Virus record (IMG/VR): IMGVR_UViG_3300046804_003540
Location: 8,014-72,013 of that record
Source: a virus
Strand: one strand, 5' to 3'
DNA: 64,000 nt
This document shows positions 9,962 to 18,969 of the stretch, piece after piece (within the stretch, counting starts at the first letter, position 1; each line of letters starts with the position of its first letter). Below the pieces are notes generated by a model. That model was given only the letters and a program-made list of their open reading frames with translations, ran no database searches and was not told where the DNA came from. The position numbers were made by a program, and so were the translations under genes.

Positions 9962-10455
9962 GATTTTGCGAATTCTTGATATTTAAACCAACGGCGTTGA
10001 CTCCAATAGATTTTTAAACTTAGACCAAATGCTTCAAACTTTGGGCGCCACATATAAAAACTAGGGCCATGTGCGCCGCTGGTCTTGTTCATTTCTTTAC
10101 CGTAATAGTCTAAGTGATCCCAGCGATATATATCCCACTGATATTGATGTACCATTTCGTGAGCCAGTGTATTCATGAACCACTGTTCGCAAAACCATTT
10201 ATCGCTTAATTTGATAGTGCAGTAACTGCCTGTGTCCTGTTGATCTTTTTGCCATTGACAGTAGCCCCATATTTTTCTCAGTCTACCTAGTTCAATTTCG
10301 GGACGATATAACTGATTGTCAAACACATATTTGTTGATGATATTATATGCGTATATAACTTCACTCTGCGTGGGTCTAAAACATTTACGCCGTTGCTCGG
10401 TAATCATGGGCAACGGTTGGCTCATTATTCTTCGAATGGGATTCGGTCTGGCCAT
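9958..10455 (-). CDS. SprT-like zinc metalloprotease
   Basis: TLAHEMVHQYQ (HExxH) and HGPSF. Confidence 0.85.
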   Translation of the reverse strand: MARPNPIRRIMSQPLPMITEQRRKCFRPTQSEVIYAYNIINKYVFDNQLYRPEIELGRLRKIWGYCQWQKDQQDTGSYCTIKLSDKWFCEQWFMNTLAHEMVHQYQWDIYRWDHLDYYGKEMNKTSGAHGPSFYMWRPKFEAFGLSLKIYWSQRRWFKYQEFAKS

Positions 10456-10457
10456 AA

Positions 10458-10493
10458 AAAATGCTCCTTTGTATTTACACAGAGGAGCATTTT
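10458..10493. terminator. Hairpin/terminator with a TAAATA motif in its loop
   Basis: AAAATGCTCCT...AGGAGCATTTT inverted repeat. Confidence 0.65.
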
Positions 10494-10509
10494 ATAATAA
10501 CTAAACTAA

Positions 10510-11418
10510 TTATCGTACAGTCATTTGTCCAATTACAGCATTGGGTTTTTTCAATGTTTCTTCCCTACGCCGCTTGTATTCTTCATTATCCACATCCAGC
10601 AACTGAATATCACCCTGGTTAGTACTGACTTTGTCCAAAGGTTTTAGGGGCTGTTCATCTGGACTCAAACTTTCCTTCAGTGGAATTTGAATATTAGGGT
10701 TAACTTGGGGTTTTGGCCCAACCTGTTCTTTCAGCTGTTTGTAGCTTTGAGCTTCTTGATCTGCTTTGCGTTTAAGCTGACGATCCAATTCCTGTTCAGC
10801 TCGTTGTGCTCGCAGGTTAGCTTCCTGTTTGGCCTGTGCGGCTTCGCGAATTTTACGCAGGGGATTATCTTCGGGCAAGGGATAGATCATCAAGACCATA
10901 GCGTACCACTGATTTCCTTCACGCACAATTTCTGTTTTGATTCGACGAACACCTTCAAGGGTGCCTTTGCTGACAGTGCGAGTAAAACGCTCGTATTCTT
11001 CACGACTGCTGTCAGCAGTTTCATATTCAAAACTTTTTGTTAGCGTTTCAACTTCACTGTTGATCTTAATGCTCAATGCCGCATAACCTTTGTGAATGGC
11101 CTTTTCCAATGCACGACCGCGATCTGTGCTCTTGGTACCCTGTACCGCTACCACAATGGCATTGGGCATCTGTGGAGGATTTACAAACCACTCAGGACCA
11201 TTGTCAATAGTGCCCACAGTCTGACTCAGTGTTTCACGAACTTTAACAACTTCATTATTCAGTGCTCGTTGTTCTGCTTTTAGTTCAGCTTGTCCTTGTC
11301 GCAGTTCAGCTTGACCTGCTTCAAGATTTTTTACTGCTTCACTTTTGCCAAACAATTGAGCGTTGGCGTTTACACCTAGTGCCATTGCTACAGCCAAAAA
11401 TACAAGATTGCGTTTCAT
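10510..11418 (-). CDS. Exported LPP20-like coiled-coil protein
   Basis: Signal peptide; PEWF…A.EKA…A.L…V pattern typical of LPP20-like domains; ATG at 11418 follows GGAG. Confidence 0.6.
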   Translation of the reverse strand: MKRNLVFLAVAMALGVNANAQLFGKSEAVKNLEAGQAELRQGQAELKAEQRALNNEVVKVRETLSQTVGTIDNGPEWFVNPPQMPNAIVVAVQGTKSTDRGRALEKAIHKGYAALSIKINSEVETLTKSFEYETADSSREEYERFTRTVSKGTLEGVRRIKTEIVREGNQWYAMVLMIYPLPEDNPLRKIREAAQAKQEANLRAQRAEQELDRQLKRKADQEAQSYKQLKEQVGPKPQVNPNIQIPLKESLSPDEQPLKPLDKVSTNQGDIQLLDVDNEEYKRRREETLKKPNAVIGQMTVR

Positions 11419-11462
11419 TGGATTCTCCAAGAGTTATTGATAAAGATATTATATAACCAACT

Positions 11463-11837
11463 TTAAAATTTGTCAATTATACGCCAAACATTTGGTTGAA
11501 CTTCACAGGCTATACCTTGATATTGAACCAAATCACTGTTTGCAGTCTGTGCTTGAGCAAACCATCTGCAATTAATGCCGCGATAATAAAAATCAATTTT
11601 GATAACAGGATGTTGCAGTAATTGATTACTGCGAACAATATCACCAATTCTCAATCTTGGCACATCTACACCGGGTTCTTCTACGCACCGTTCTGTTTGG
11701 CGAGTAGTTACCGAACCTCGATTATTAACTGTAGTTTCGCTTTCGTGAGTACAGTCACTGCGTGGCTCCAATTTTTGGCTCCATGCTGAAGTCACAGTTA
11801 CAAAAGCAATCAACGGCAATAAGTTCTTAACTGCCAT
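11463..11837 (-). CDS. Exported hypothetical protein
   Basis: Signal peptide, paired cysteines. Confidence 0.65.
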   Translation of the reverse strand: MAVKNLLPLIAFVTVTSAWSQKLEPRSDCTHESETTVNNRGSVTTRQTERCVEEPGVDVPRLRIGDIVRSNQLLQHPVIKIDFYYRGINCRWFAQAQTANSDLVQYQGIACEVQPNVWRIIDKF

Positions 11838-12181
11838 ATCTTAGTCCTTGCGGCACTGTTGAGCCTCCGTTGAGGCGCAGATAGATTTTCAGGGTCAACA
11901 GGTTGAACTCCTACCATTTGTTCCAAATAGTTGATAGTAAGATCTCGCTGTTCACAACTGAGCCCAATGTTCTGCACCTGCTGATACCTTTGTTCTAACA
12001 GTGCAGGATTGTTAGGATCTCTTGTTTGGTAGATCTGCACCTGCGGCTGTTGACTAGGTTGCTGAACAGGTTGCACTTGCTGATACTGCGGCTGTTGGTC
12101 TGCGGGTTTAGGGCAAGGAGCCAAAGGCCAGCAAGTGCCTAGAATCCAGGATGTAATAATACCTGGAACGGGTCCGCTCAC
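11810..12181 (-). CDS. Gln-rich hypothetical protein
   Basis: ORF coupled to both neighbours. Confidence 0.6.
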   Translation of the reverse strand: MSGPVPGIITSWILGTCWPLAPCPKPADQQPQYQQVQPVQQPSQQPQVQIYQTRDPNNPALLEQRYQQVQNIGLSCEQRDLTINYLEQMVGVQPVDPENLSAPQRRLNSAARTKIWQLRTYCR

Positions 12182-12333
12182 AGTTTATAGCCTACCATGA
12201 CTTGTTTTAGTGCTTGACCTGCGGTCTTAGCATCAACACCTGCGGTTTTAATAACATAACGCATCGCGTCTTTGGTCTGCAACTGCATGTGAAATACAGC
12301 TTCGGTTGCACGATCGATTGCCAATTGGTTCAT
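12178..12333 (-). CDS. Small hypothetical protein (MNQLAIDRATEAV…)
   Basis: AAAGGAG RBS before ATG at 12333. Confidence 0.7.
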   Translation of the reverse strand: MNQLAIDRATEAVFHMQLQTKDAMRYVIKTAGVDAKTAGQALKQVMVGYKL

Positions 12334-12346
12334 GATTTCTCCTTTA

Positions 12347-12787
12347 TTACCAACTTGAGTTATAGAAAACTTTGAGTCCCACAAAAATTTCTGCACGAGC
12401 ATTTTTAATAAATTCAAGGTCCTGTGCTTTGTAGTAATCGTCACGGTTGTCGCCAAAGAAAAATCCTCGGGTAGCGGGCAGTGCTTGACCTTTGACAGCC
12501 TTTTCTAATTCATCAAGATCCTCCCAAGTTAGCTCAAGCTCAACGTCGTTAAATGAACTACTCCATTCCGAATCCTCGGGTGCCAGTCCTTGTGCAGCCA
12601 GTTTACGACGCCAAAGTTCTTCCATCCAACCCTGCAGATTAGGATGTTTACGCCAGTAAGCAATTTCGCGTGGCTTTTCAACGCTCTTAGACTTCCATTC
12701 ACCGTCAACGTGTTCGCCGTCGCTTTCGTAAAATTCGTTATGTTGGCCTGCGCGAGCCGCTGCATAAGCATATTGATCAAGTCCCAT
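12347..12787 (-). CDS. Conserved-type phage protein (MGLDQY…YWRKH…GFFFG…YNSSW)
   Basis: Recognisable small phage protein motif set; AGGAG RBS. Confidence 0.8.
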   Translation of the reverse strand: MGLDQYAYAAARAGQHNEFYESDGEHVDGEWKSKSVEKPREIAYWRKHPNLQGWMEELWRRKLAAQGLAPEDSEWSSSFNDVELELTWEDLDELEKAVKGQALPATRGFFFGDNRDDYYKAQDLEFIKNARAEIFVGLKVFYNSSW

Positions 12788-12789
12788 AA

Positions 12790-12972
12790 TTACTCCTGTT
12801 TAACACACACATAACGAATTTCTTTTGTAGTTCGTTTAGCCAAAGACTCTGCGGCTACGCCAGCAGACTGACATGCTGCTTCGGTTTTAAAACCCGGCAC
12901 ATTAGTAATGGCCATGCTGTCAGCGTTGCTTAATGGACCGGCGTGAACAAATAAAACTAAAATCCAAGTCAT
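12790..12972 (-). CDS. Small hypothetical protein
   Basis: MTWILVLFV…F.TEAACQ.A…YVCV. Confidence 0.65.
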   Translation of the reverse strand: MTWILVLFVHAGPLSNADSMAITNVPGFKTEAACQSAGVAAESLAKRTTKEIRYVCVKQE

Positions 12973-13066
12973 AAAATACCTGTAATCGTTAAGTAAAAAC
13001 AAACAGTAAAGCCTAATGCGAAATACACAAGACGACCTGCGATTTCGAGTGCTATATTTTTCACAG

Positions 13067-13297
13067 TTATTCCTTGTTGCGAATTTTGTTGATTATGCTA
13101 TTTGCAGACTCACGGTACTCGCCAAGGTCTGCTTCCATTTCATCCATCTCAGCTAACCTAAGTGCAGTCAGTTCAGTTTGAACCAGTCCCACCATATACT
13201 TAAGATCGCTGATGTCTGCTTGCTCATACCACTGTTCCAGTTCTTCCGCACTGGCAGTGGTGAACCACAAAAAGTTATCACGGTCAAAGTCATTCAT
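13067..13297 (-). CDS. Hypothetical protein
   Basis: Acidic 76-aa ORF, GAGG RBS. Confidence 0.65.
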   Translation of the reverse strand: MNDFDRDNFLWFTTASAEELEQWYEQADISDLKYMVGLVQTELTALRLAEMDEMEADLGEYRESANSIINKIRNKE

Positions 13298-13454
13298 CTT
13301 TAATTACCTCATCAAAAAGTTCTGCGTATTCGTCTGCATCCTGACGGTCTCGAAACGGACGCATTTCCACAAGATTGTCATCTTCATCAAACACCATAAC
13401 TTGCCAGACTGTACGATTTTCGTCCATGTCTAGAACGACTCTTGCTGAATTCAT
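13290..13454 (-). CDS. Small acidic hypothetical protein (MNSARVVLDMDE…)
   Basis: Hand-translated 54-aa ORF; ATGA overlap and GGAG RBS. Confidence 0.6.
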   Translation of the reverse strand: MNSARVVLDMDENRTVWQVMVFDEDDNLVEMRPFRDRQDADEYAELFDEVIKDE

Positions 13455-13693
13455 AGTTCAACTCCAAAATGTTCCTTGATCAAATCACAATCAAGTTTGG
13501 CTTGCGCCTTACGATCATCATTCCAGCCAACTCGGCCCTGTTGGTCACAGATGCCAGCACATTCTCTCACAATCAACTCGGCAAACTTTTCAGCAAAAAA
13601 TTGAGGTTGTGTGTCATAGTCGGCACCTTCATCTATTTGTTGCCAAGCATAAGCATCAGCCTGACGAGCAAGTTCTTTAATTCGTTCGTTCAT
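13451..13693 (-). CDS. MNERI…EKFAELIVREC…HFGVE family small protein (isolated copy)
   Basis: Same three conserved blocks as five paralogues at 37.5-39.2 kb. Confidence 0.8.
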   Translation of the reverse strand: MNERIKELARQADAYAWQQIDEGADYDTQPQFFAEKFAELIVRECAGICDQQGRVGWNDDRKAQAKLDCDLIKEHFGVEL

Positions 13694-13694
13694 A

Positions 13695-13955
13695 TTAATT
13701 GCTCCAAAAAGTTTCTGAACTGGGGCTAGCAAAACAAGGCGTGTCATAACGCTCTTTATATTCTTCACCAGTCATGGCGTTTCGACGAGTAACATAAGTT
13801 TCGTGGATCATACGCACATAGCCTCGCTTGACAGGAAAGTCGTTTTCAATAACAGCCAGATCCTCACAGTAATAGTCCATCTTGGCCACCAACTTCTTAC
13901 CGTCTTTGCATCGCTTGTCCAACTTGTAAAGTTCTACAGTATAGTCCTTTTTCAT
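13695..13955 (-). CDS. Hypothetical protein
   Basis: ORF downstream of an early promoter; C-terminal TPCFASPSSETFWS. Confidence 0.75.
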   Translation of the reverse strand: MKKDYTVELYKLDKRCKDGKKLVAKMDYYCEDLAVIENDFPVKRGYVRMIHETYVTRRNAMTGEEYKERYDTPCFASPSSETFWSN

Positions 13956-13987
13956 GATCTAGTCCTGTTTTGTTACTTGATGTCATT

Positions 13988-14016
13988 ATTATAGCAAAAT
14001 AACCAATTTCACACAA
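13988..14016 (-). promoter_or_regulatory. Sigma70-type early promoter
   Basis: TTGTGT-N17-TATAAT with extended TG. Confidence 0.6.
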
Positions 14017-14030
14017 GTACACTAAAAGTA

Positions 14031-14396
14031 TTACTTTTTCTTCTCTGCTTCGCAGGCAACTTCACCCAGCAATTTATAAGGATCGCCCCAAGGCATCATT
14101 TTATATTGGTCTGTATAATCTGACTTCAAATCTTGCAATGTTCTTGGCGTGCCTTTATTAAGCCATCTGAATGTTTTGTATTGACAATCAATTTCAAAAG
14201 CATGAAAAATAAACATAGGCTCGCTTAAAGAGATTGATTTAACTACTACAAAACGGCGACCGTTGACGGGGTCATTTATAACGATTTCTTTTATATAACC
14301 GGGATCAGTCTTTTCTCTGAACATAGGGTTCCATTGGGCCATGGCCGCCACGGAAGTCAATGTAAGAGCTGTGATAATGATTTTTTTCATAACCAT
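14031..14396 (-). CDS. Exported hypothetical protein
   Basis: Signal peptide; EIDC…C. Confidence 0.65.
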   Translation of the reverse strand: MVMKKIIITALTLTSVAAMAQWNPMFREKTDPGYIKEIVINDPVNGRRFVVVKSISLSEPMFIFHAFEIDCQYKTFRWLNKGTPRTLQDLKSDYTDQYKMMPWGDPYKLLGEVACEAEKKK

Positions 14397-14399
14397 TCC

Positions 14400-14669
14400 T
14401 TAGCAAAGGTCAACTTGGACTTGAACATCAACTTTTTTATCGTCCTCACCATACACTGTAAAGGTTCGTGCGATACCAGTAACCTGTTCCTTATAAGGAT
14501 TGCCCTGCGACAAACCAATTGACAAGAGAGCCATTGTGACTGCCTTTTGTTGGCTAGTAAACACCATATTGAATGCACCAGCCACAGTGGTGTAAAACCC
14601 AACACCATTGACAATCACGCGGATTTTTTGACTGTTATTCAAACCATCGACAAAACGTTTGGTACGCAT
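14400..14669 (-). CDS. Hypothetical protein
   Basis: AGGAGTTGAAG-ATG start. Confidence 0.7.
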   Translation of the reverse strand: MRTKRFVDGLNNSQKIRVIVNGVGFYTTVAGAFNMVFTSQQKAVTMALLSIGLSQGNPYKEQVTGIARTFTVYGEDDKKVDVQVQVDLC

Positions 14670-14701
14670 CTTCAACTCCTGTTTTGTTACTGTATGCCAT
14701 T

Positions 14702-14755
14702 ATTATAGCAAAATTGGGAATTTCGGTCAACCAAAAAAGTAATACTCAAGTATTA
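14702..14755 (-). promoter_or_regulatory. Sigma70-type promoter with upstream palindrome
   Basis: TTGACC-N17-TATAAT (14730-14702); TAATACTCAAGTATTA at 14740-14755. Confidence 0.75.
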
Positions 14756-15067
14756 CCATTGATGGTAAATGACCATGTGGTCCACATTGGGCACGGGGTC
14801 AACGGGACGATAGATCTGCTGTTCGCCGTCCCATTGATCTTGATCAAACAAGGGATCGGCAGGATTAATGGGAATGAAACGCATGACTTTGCCAGTGTGA
14901 TGGCTTTTAACATAGAATGTCAAGGGCATGCCCACATACTCGCTGGCCAACTTCAGCACCTTGCGACTTTTGTCATATTCGCATAGTTTCAAGTCAATCA
15001 TGGGAATCTTTTTCATGGCCGCATTAAACAATATGGGATCGTTGATGGTGTCTTTGTCCAGTTTCAT
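14753..15067 (-). CDS. Hypothetical protein
   Basis: AAGGA RBS, 104 aa. Confidence 0.7.
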   Translation of the reverse strand: MKLDKDTINDPILFNAAMKKIPMIDLKLCEYDKSRKVLKLASEYVGMPLTFYVKSHHTGKVMRFIPINPADPLFDQDQWDGEQQIYRPVDPVPNVDHMVIYHQW

Positions 15068-15076
15068 TGCGTATCC

Positions 15077-15346
15077 TTAGGGACGATAATGATTGTAGCT
15101 GCGGATTTTACTTTGACGATTTGATGAGCCGCCGCGAAATTTAATTTCCTCGTAGCCCTGGGCTTTAAGGGCATTGATCAAAACGGTCAAATCACAGTCT
15201 TCTTCCAAGAAAGCATTGTTGCCATTTTGATAACTGTAAGAGCTAATTTTATCTGCAATGCCTAATTTTTGAAGTCGAGCTTTAGGGAAACGAACCCAAC
15301 CGTGTCCTGGATCCGAAAACATCTGCAAGGTAATTGTGCGTGTCAT
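15077..15346 (-). CDS. Conserved-type phage protein (DPGHGW…SSYSY…FLEEDCD)
   Basis: Recognisable DPGHGW/EEDCD motif family. Confidence 0.8.
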   Translation of the reverse strand: MTRTITLQMFSDPGHGWVRFPKARLQKLGIADKISSYSYQNGNNAFLEEDCDLTVLINALKAQGYEEIKFRGGSSNRQSKIRSYNHYRP

Positions 15347-15375
15347 TTCAATCCCCGTTTGTTAACAATATCATA

Positions 15376-15404
15376 ATTGTAGCAAAATGGGCATTTTTGG
15401 TCAA
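15376..15404 (-). promoter_or_regulatory. Sigma70-type promoter
   Basis: TTGACC-N17-TACAAT; near-duplicate of 15641-15670. Confidence 0.75.
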
Positions 15405-15631
15405 CCAGATTTTTTTAGGGCAAAAAACACAGCATCTTGGCTGTGGCGGAAATACAACACAAGACGCAGGTTTGACCTGCGTCCTTTTATGTGCCAATCT
15501 GCCGTATTGTATAAACGATAAAACCAACGGCGATCGCTTTGAGTTCCGTCAGGACCAAACAGGGATTCTGCCAGCTCGACATCCGTGTTATCTATAGTAA
15601 AAATTCCGCAATCGATTTTTGTTGTTTTCAT
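15401..15631 (-). CDS. Hypothetical protein
   Basis: ATG just downstream of a promoter; C-terminal F…DAVFFALK. Confidence 0.65.
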   Translation of the reverse strand: MKTTKIDCGIFTIDNTDVELAESLFGPDGTQSDRRWFYRLYNTADWHIKGRRSNLRLVLYFRHSQDAVFFALKKSG

Positions 15632-15640
15632 AATACCCAT

Positions 15641-15687
15641 ATTGTAGCGAATATGGGCATTTTTGGTCAAGTAATACTTGAGTATTA
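15641..15687 (-). promoter_or_regulatory. Sigma70-type promoter with adjacent palindrome
   Basis: TTGACC-N18-TACAAT; TAATACTTGAGTATTA at 15672-15687. Confidence 0.75.
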
Positions 15688-16200
15688 ACTGTTTAGTACT
15701 TTAGCAACTGAGTTCATTACTGCAGCAATACGACCAATGTCGCGCAACTGTTCTACAGTGTAGCCTTCTTTTTTCAATGTTTCGTAGTGTGCCTTTACAC
15801 AGAAATGGCACTTGCCAACAATACTTGCAGCAAGACTGTAGGCTTCAAAACGAGCTTTGGTTGTGCCGCCGTGACCGGCAATGGCATTCATACGCAACTG
15901 AGCTGGCAAGCCTTTTAGGTTTTCATCATCAGCCATTTCAACATACGGGTACCAAGTATTGTTCTGTGCCATAATTGAACCTGCGGTCAGTGCAGCATCA
16001 CGCTCTTTTACATCAGTCAAACTATTTTGAATAAACTGTACCAGTTTACCATTGCCTGTGGCAAATGCTGCGGCTAGAGCTACTGCTTCAGCTTCTTCCT
16101 GTGGCAGTGTGCTGCGTTTGATAACCGCGTCGATGTTTAACTTGGTATCTTTGGCATATTCTGGCAAGCCTTCTTTAAGTTGATCTACCCATTGTGTCAT
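15685..16200 (-). CDS. ahpD: Alkyl hydroperoxide reductase AhpD
   Basis: LPEYAKDTKLN, MAQNN.WY, LRMN, CHFC..AH. Confidence 0.92.
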   Translation of the reverse strand: MTQWVDQLKEGLPEYAKDTKLNIDAVIKRSTLPQEEAEAVALAAAFATGNGKLVQFIQNSLTDVKERDAALTAGSIMAQNNTWYPYVEMADDENLKGLPAQLRMNAIAGHGGTTKARFEAYSLAASIVGKCHFCVKAHYETLKKEGYTVEQLRDIGRIAAVMNSVAKVLNS

Positions 16201-16616
16201 TGTGTTTTCTCCGATAATTGTTTGTAACCTGCAGTGCTGGGATGTATGTTGTCCTTTTGTACTCTTGTAATAGGAACAACTATATCACCGTGCTCTGCAG
16301 CTATTTGTTTTACTATTGTTTGAATATGTTCTATTGGCACTTCACTGGCCTTCAAATTACCATGTGGTAAAATCCAATATACTTGTCTTGCTTGAACTCG
16401 TTGTCTTAATTTAGTTAGTTCTTCCAGTGTTTTAATATGTTTGTGATCATTGCTGCCTAAACTGATAATAACTGAATCAGCAGTTAAATCTTGTGACTTG
16501 TACTGTTTATTGTATTGCCAAGTGTTAATGCCGCCTTTGCTTAAACTGGCACATTCCTGTTTGTGTGCAGCAAGGCCCACGGCGATGCTGTCCCCTATAA
16601 TCAAACACTCAAGCAT
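16197..16616 (-). CDS. SGNH/GDSL hydrolase
   Basis: IGDSIA, SLGSND, DNIHP. Confidence 0.85.
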   Translation of the reverse strand: MLECLIIGDSIAVGLAAHKQECASLSKGGINTWQYNKQYKSQDLTADSVIISLGSNDHKHIKTLEELTKLRQRVQARQVYWILPHGNLKASEVPIEHIQTIVKQIAAEHGDIVVPITRVQKDNIHPSTAGYKQLSEKTQ

Positions 16617-17271
16617 TATGACCTCTTGAACTTAGGACAATTTTGCAGATATGCTCTAGTCGTTCGATGTGTTCAAACGCACGCCAAGGACTGGTATCAA
16701 TTGCAACAACACCGTGACCTTTGATGCCCACGATGTCAAAGGCAATATTGCCTTGTTTATCTAAACCAAGATTTTCGTGACAACGATCTGCCAGTTCTTG
16801 ACTGATAGGAGGCACATCCGGAACATTGGGTGCTACACGAGTATAGCGACTAAGTTCAGGAAAGTCTGAGACCACAGTGCTGAGATCAATACCTGCATGC
16901 ATGGCTGCAACACAGTAAGTTGGATGTAGATGTACAACTACACGCACATCGTCTTTGTGCTGTCCCATTTCACGCTGTAGGCCAAAGTGCAGGGGCAGTT
17001 CACCGCTGGGTCTTAGTCCTTGACTAATATCCGAATAAGGCAAAACTTCCCAATCATAGGTATATTGCAGATCTGCAAATCCTGTGCCTGCGTTCTTTTT
17101 TATAGCAATTTTCTTGAACTGATCTGGTTGCAGTGTCTGCTTACGAACACCACTGGGCGTGATGTAAAAGTGATCACGGTCGTGGTGTCGTATGCTGACA
17201 TTACCATCTCTGCTGGTAATCCAGTTACGCTTGTAAGCCTCTACCAGTGTTTCGCAGATTGTTTCAAGCAT
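16609..17271 (-). CDS. Class II aldolase/adducin family protein
   Basis: DGNVS, ITPSG, PSGELPLH, VHLHP, GHGV. Confidence 0.9.
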   Translation of the reverse strand: MLETICETLVEAYKRNWITSRDGNVSIRHHDRDHFYITPSGVRKQTLQPDQFKKIAIKKNAGTGFADLQYTYDWEVLPYSDISQGLRPSGELPLHFGLQREMGQHKDDVRVVVHLHPTYCVAAMHAGIDLSTVVSDFPELSRYTRVAPNVPDVPPISQELADRCHENLGLDKQGNIAFDIVGIKGHGVVAIDTSPWRAFEHIERLEHICKIVLSSRGHNA

Positions 17272-17599
17272 TATGATTCCTTACATATTCTGCTAGCCAT
17301 TCAAGATCAAGTTTAAGTTCTTGACCTATCCATCTTGCACCTTCTGTATGATCACGCAGATCGTCGCCTGTGTCTTCGTGTAGTAGTACATTTAGTCCTT
17401 CGCCCTCAAGCCAGTTCTCTACGATGTTTTTTATATCATCACAGTAATTAACTTGGTACATAGGTAAAGGATGGGGGCCAATTGGCGTATCCCACACTCT
17501 ACCTAGGCCAGCACCTGCGTTAGACAAAGGTTCTCTTAAACTTAAAGCTATGGCTCGTTGCTCAGGAGTTGACCAGTAAACGTGTGCGTGATAGTACAT
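17264..17599 (-). CDS. DOPA 4,5-dioxygenase family protein
   Basis: YHAHVY, PIGPHP.PM, LLH..TGD.L.DH..A.W.G; start overlaps the ahpC stop (TAATG). Confidence 0.85.
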   Translation of the reverse strand: MYYHAHVYWSTPEQRAIALSLREPLSNAGAGLGRVWDTPIGPHPLPMYQVNYCDDIKNIVENWLEGEGLNVLLHEDTGDDLRDHTEGARWIGQELKLDLEWLAEYVRNHNA

Positions 17600-18132
17600 T
17601 ACAGAGTCTCGCCGCCTACTGTACGGTTGCAAGCACAGAGTTCACCGGTTTGCAGGGCGTCAAGTACACGCAGAGTTTCTTCAGGACTACGGCCAACATT
17701 CAAGTTGTTGACAGTGACATGTTGAATTTCGTTGTTGGGATCAACAATAAAAGTAGCACGAAGTGCAGCACCTGCTGGAGCATAGAACACGCCCAACTGA
17801 TTGATTAGGCTGAGTTCGCCACGCTGTGTATCAGCAAATTGAATGTGCTTGATTTTTTTCAAGTCTTCGTGTGCAGCTTGCCATGCTAATTTACAAAACT
17901 CATTGTCTGTGCTGCCAGTCAATAGAACTGCGTCACGGTCTGCAAAGTCTTGATATAGTTTGTCGTATGCTACAATTTCAGTTGGACATACAAAGGTAAA
18001 GTCCTTGGGATAGTATACGATTACTTTCCACTTACCTTCAAAACTAGTTTCAGTAATGGTAAAGAAATCATCCTTACCTGGGTTGACGCCGGTTACGGCA
18101 AATGCTTCAATTTTATCGCCTACGGTTTTCAT
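17599..18132 (-). CDS. ahpC: Peroxiredoxin AhpC
   Basis: YPKDFTFVCPTE, RATFIVDP, VGRS, GELCAC. Confidence 0.95.
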   Translation of the reverse strand: MKTVGDKIEAFAVTGVNPGKDDFFTITETSFEGKWKVIVYYPKDFTFVCPTEIVAYDKLYQDFADRDAVLLTGSTDNEFCKLAWQAAHEDLKKIKHIQFADTQRGELSLINQLGVFYAPAGAALRATFIVDPNNEIQHVTVNNLNVGRSPEETLRVLDALQTGELCACNRTVGGETL

Positions 18133-18268
18133 TTTCGATTTTCTCCTTATTAAAAATGTAATTCAGTGTTTATACTGATGTTGTGTAGTATACAAGTATT
18201 TACTATGAAGATCAAGCCTTTAATAGAATATTTCAATGGTATTTTCTAATGCCTGCAATAGTAAAAAT

Positions 18269-18850
18269 TTATGAGTATATAAAAGGTGTATCGATATCGC
18301 TGTAGTCAACATCAATTGTTGTGCCCGTTACATCATCGTATTCTTGGTAGTATGTTTCGTTGGGCATCAAAATTCTAAATTGATTAGCATACTTCAAACC
18401 CAAAAATGTCATGTCTGCTTGGTCTAAGATATCACAGATAACGAATGTACTGGAACATCGGCCTACGATTTTTTTAAATGGACTGTGTCGCGCTTCGTTC
18501 TTTTGTAATGCCTTATTGATATCTTCATGAGGCTTAAACATAATACGAGTAATGCCTAACTTTTGATTACGCAGTCTAAACTTATCGTAGATGGTTAATT
18601 CAGTTAAGGTAGCTTCATTTTCTTCATTGACAGTGACCAGCACATCTTTGAATTTTAGTGAGCCTTTGGTGTGACTGTTATCGGGAGTTTCTTTGGTAGA
18701 CCAGGGAAGTTTAGCGTCTACATGATTGACATAATAAGTTTCGCCATGAAATTTTAAGACCCACATGGGAATGGTCTCGTCTTCTAAGTGTTTCTTGTTA
18801 AAGTGGAAGACTACATCTTTAGCTGCAAATTCAATCTATTTTTGTGTCAT
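18269..18850 (-). CDS. Phage protein interrupted by an in-frame TAG at codon 5 (readthrough candidate or pseudogene)
   Basis: AAGGAG RBS then ATG ACA CAA AAA TAG ATT GAA TTT…, in frame with the 165-aa ORF 18269-18766; TAG at 18836-18838. Confidence 0.7.
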
Positions 18851-18877
18851 GTTGGTTCTCCTTGTTAATGACAGTAA

Positions 18878-18885
18878 TATTTATA
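18878..18885 (-). promoter_or_regulatory. T4-like late promoter motif TATAAATA
   Basis: Exact motif upstream of the RBS. TAAATA recurs upstream of many genes, for example near 7655, 21395, 32825, 36693, 55637, 56050, 56578, 58955 and 62110. Confidence 0.6.
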
Positions 18886-18887
18886 GT

Positions 18888-18961
18888 TGGTGCGCTGGAC
18901 AGGAATCGAACCTGCTATCGGGAGTTTAGAAGTCCCTGCCTATCCATTGAGCTTCCAACGC
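18888..18961 (-). tRNA. tRNA, best fold with a CUA anticodon (amber suppressor); alternative reading tRNA-Arg(UCU)
   Basis: 74 nt: GCGTTGG AA GCTC AATGGAT AGGC A GGGAC TTCTAAA CTCCC GATA GCAGG TTCGATT CCTGT CCAGCGC A CCA. Acceptor and T stems pair fully (one G-U each) and CCA is encoded. tRNA status is secure; the anticodon assignment is less so. Confidence 0.85.
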
Positions 18962-18969
18962 ATGGCAGC

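Noticed and set aside
18888-18961. tRNA as a prophage attachment site or host boundary
   Set aside because: Phage-type genes and promoters continue on both sides; no integrase or duplicated tRNA 3' end seen.
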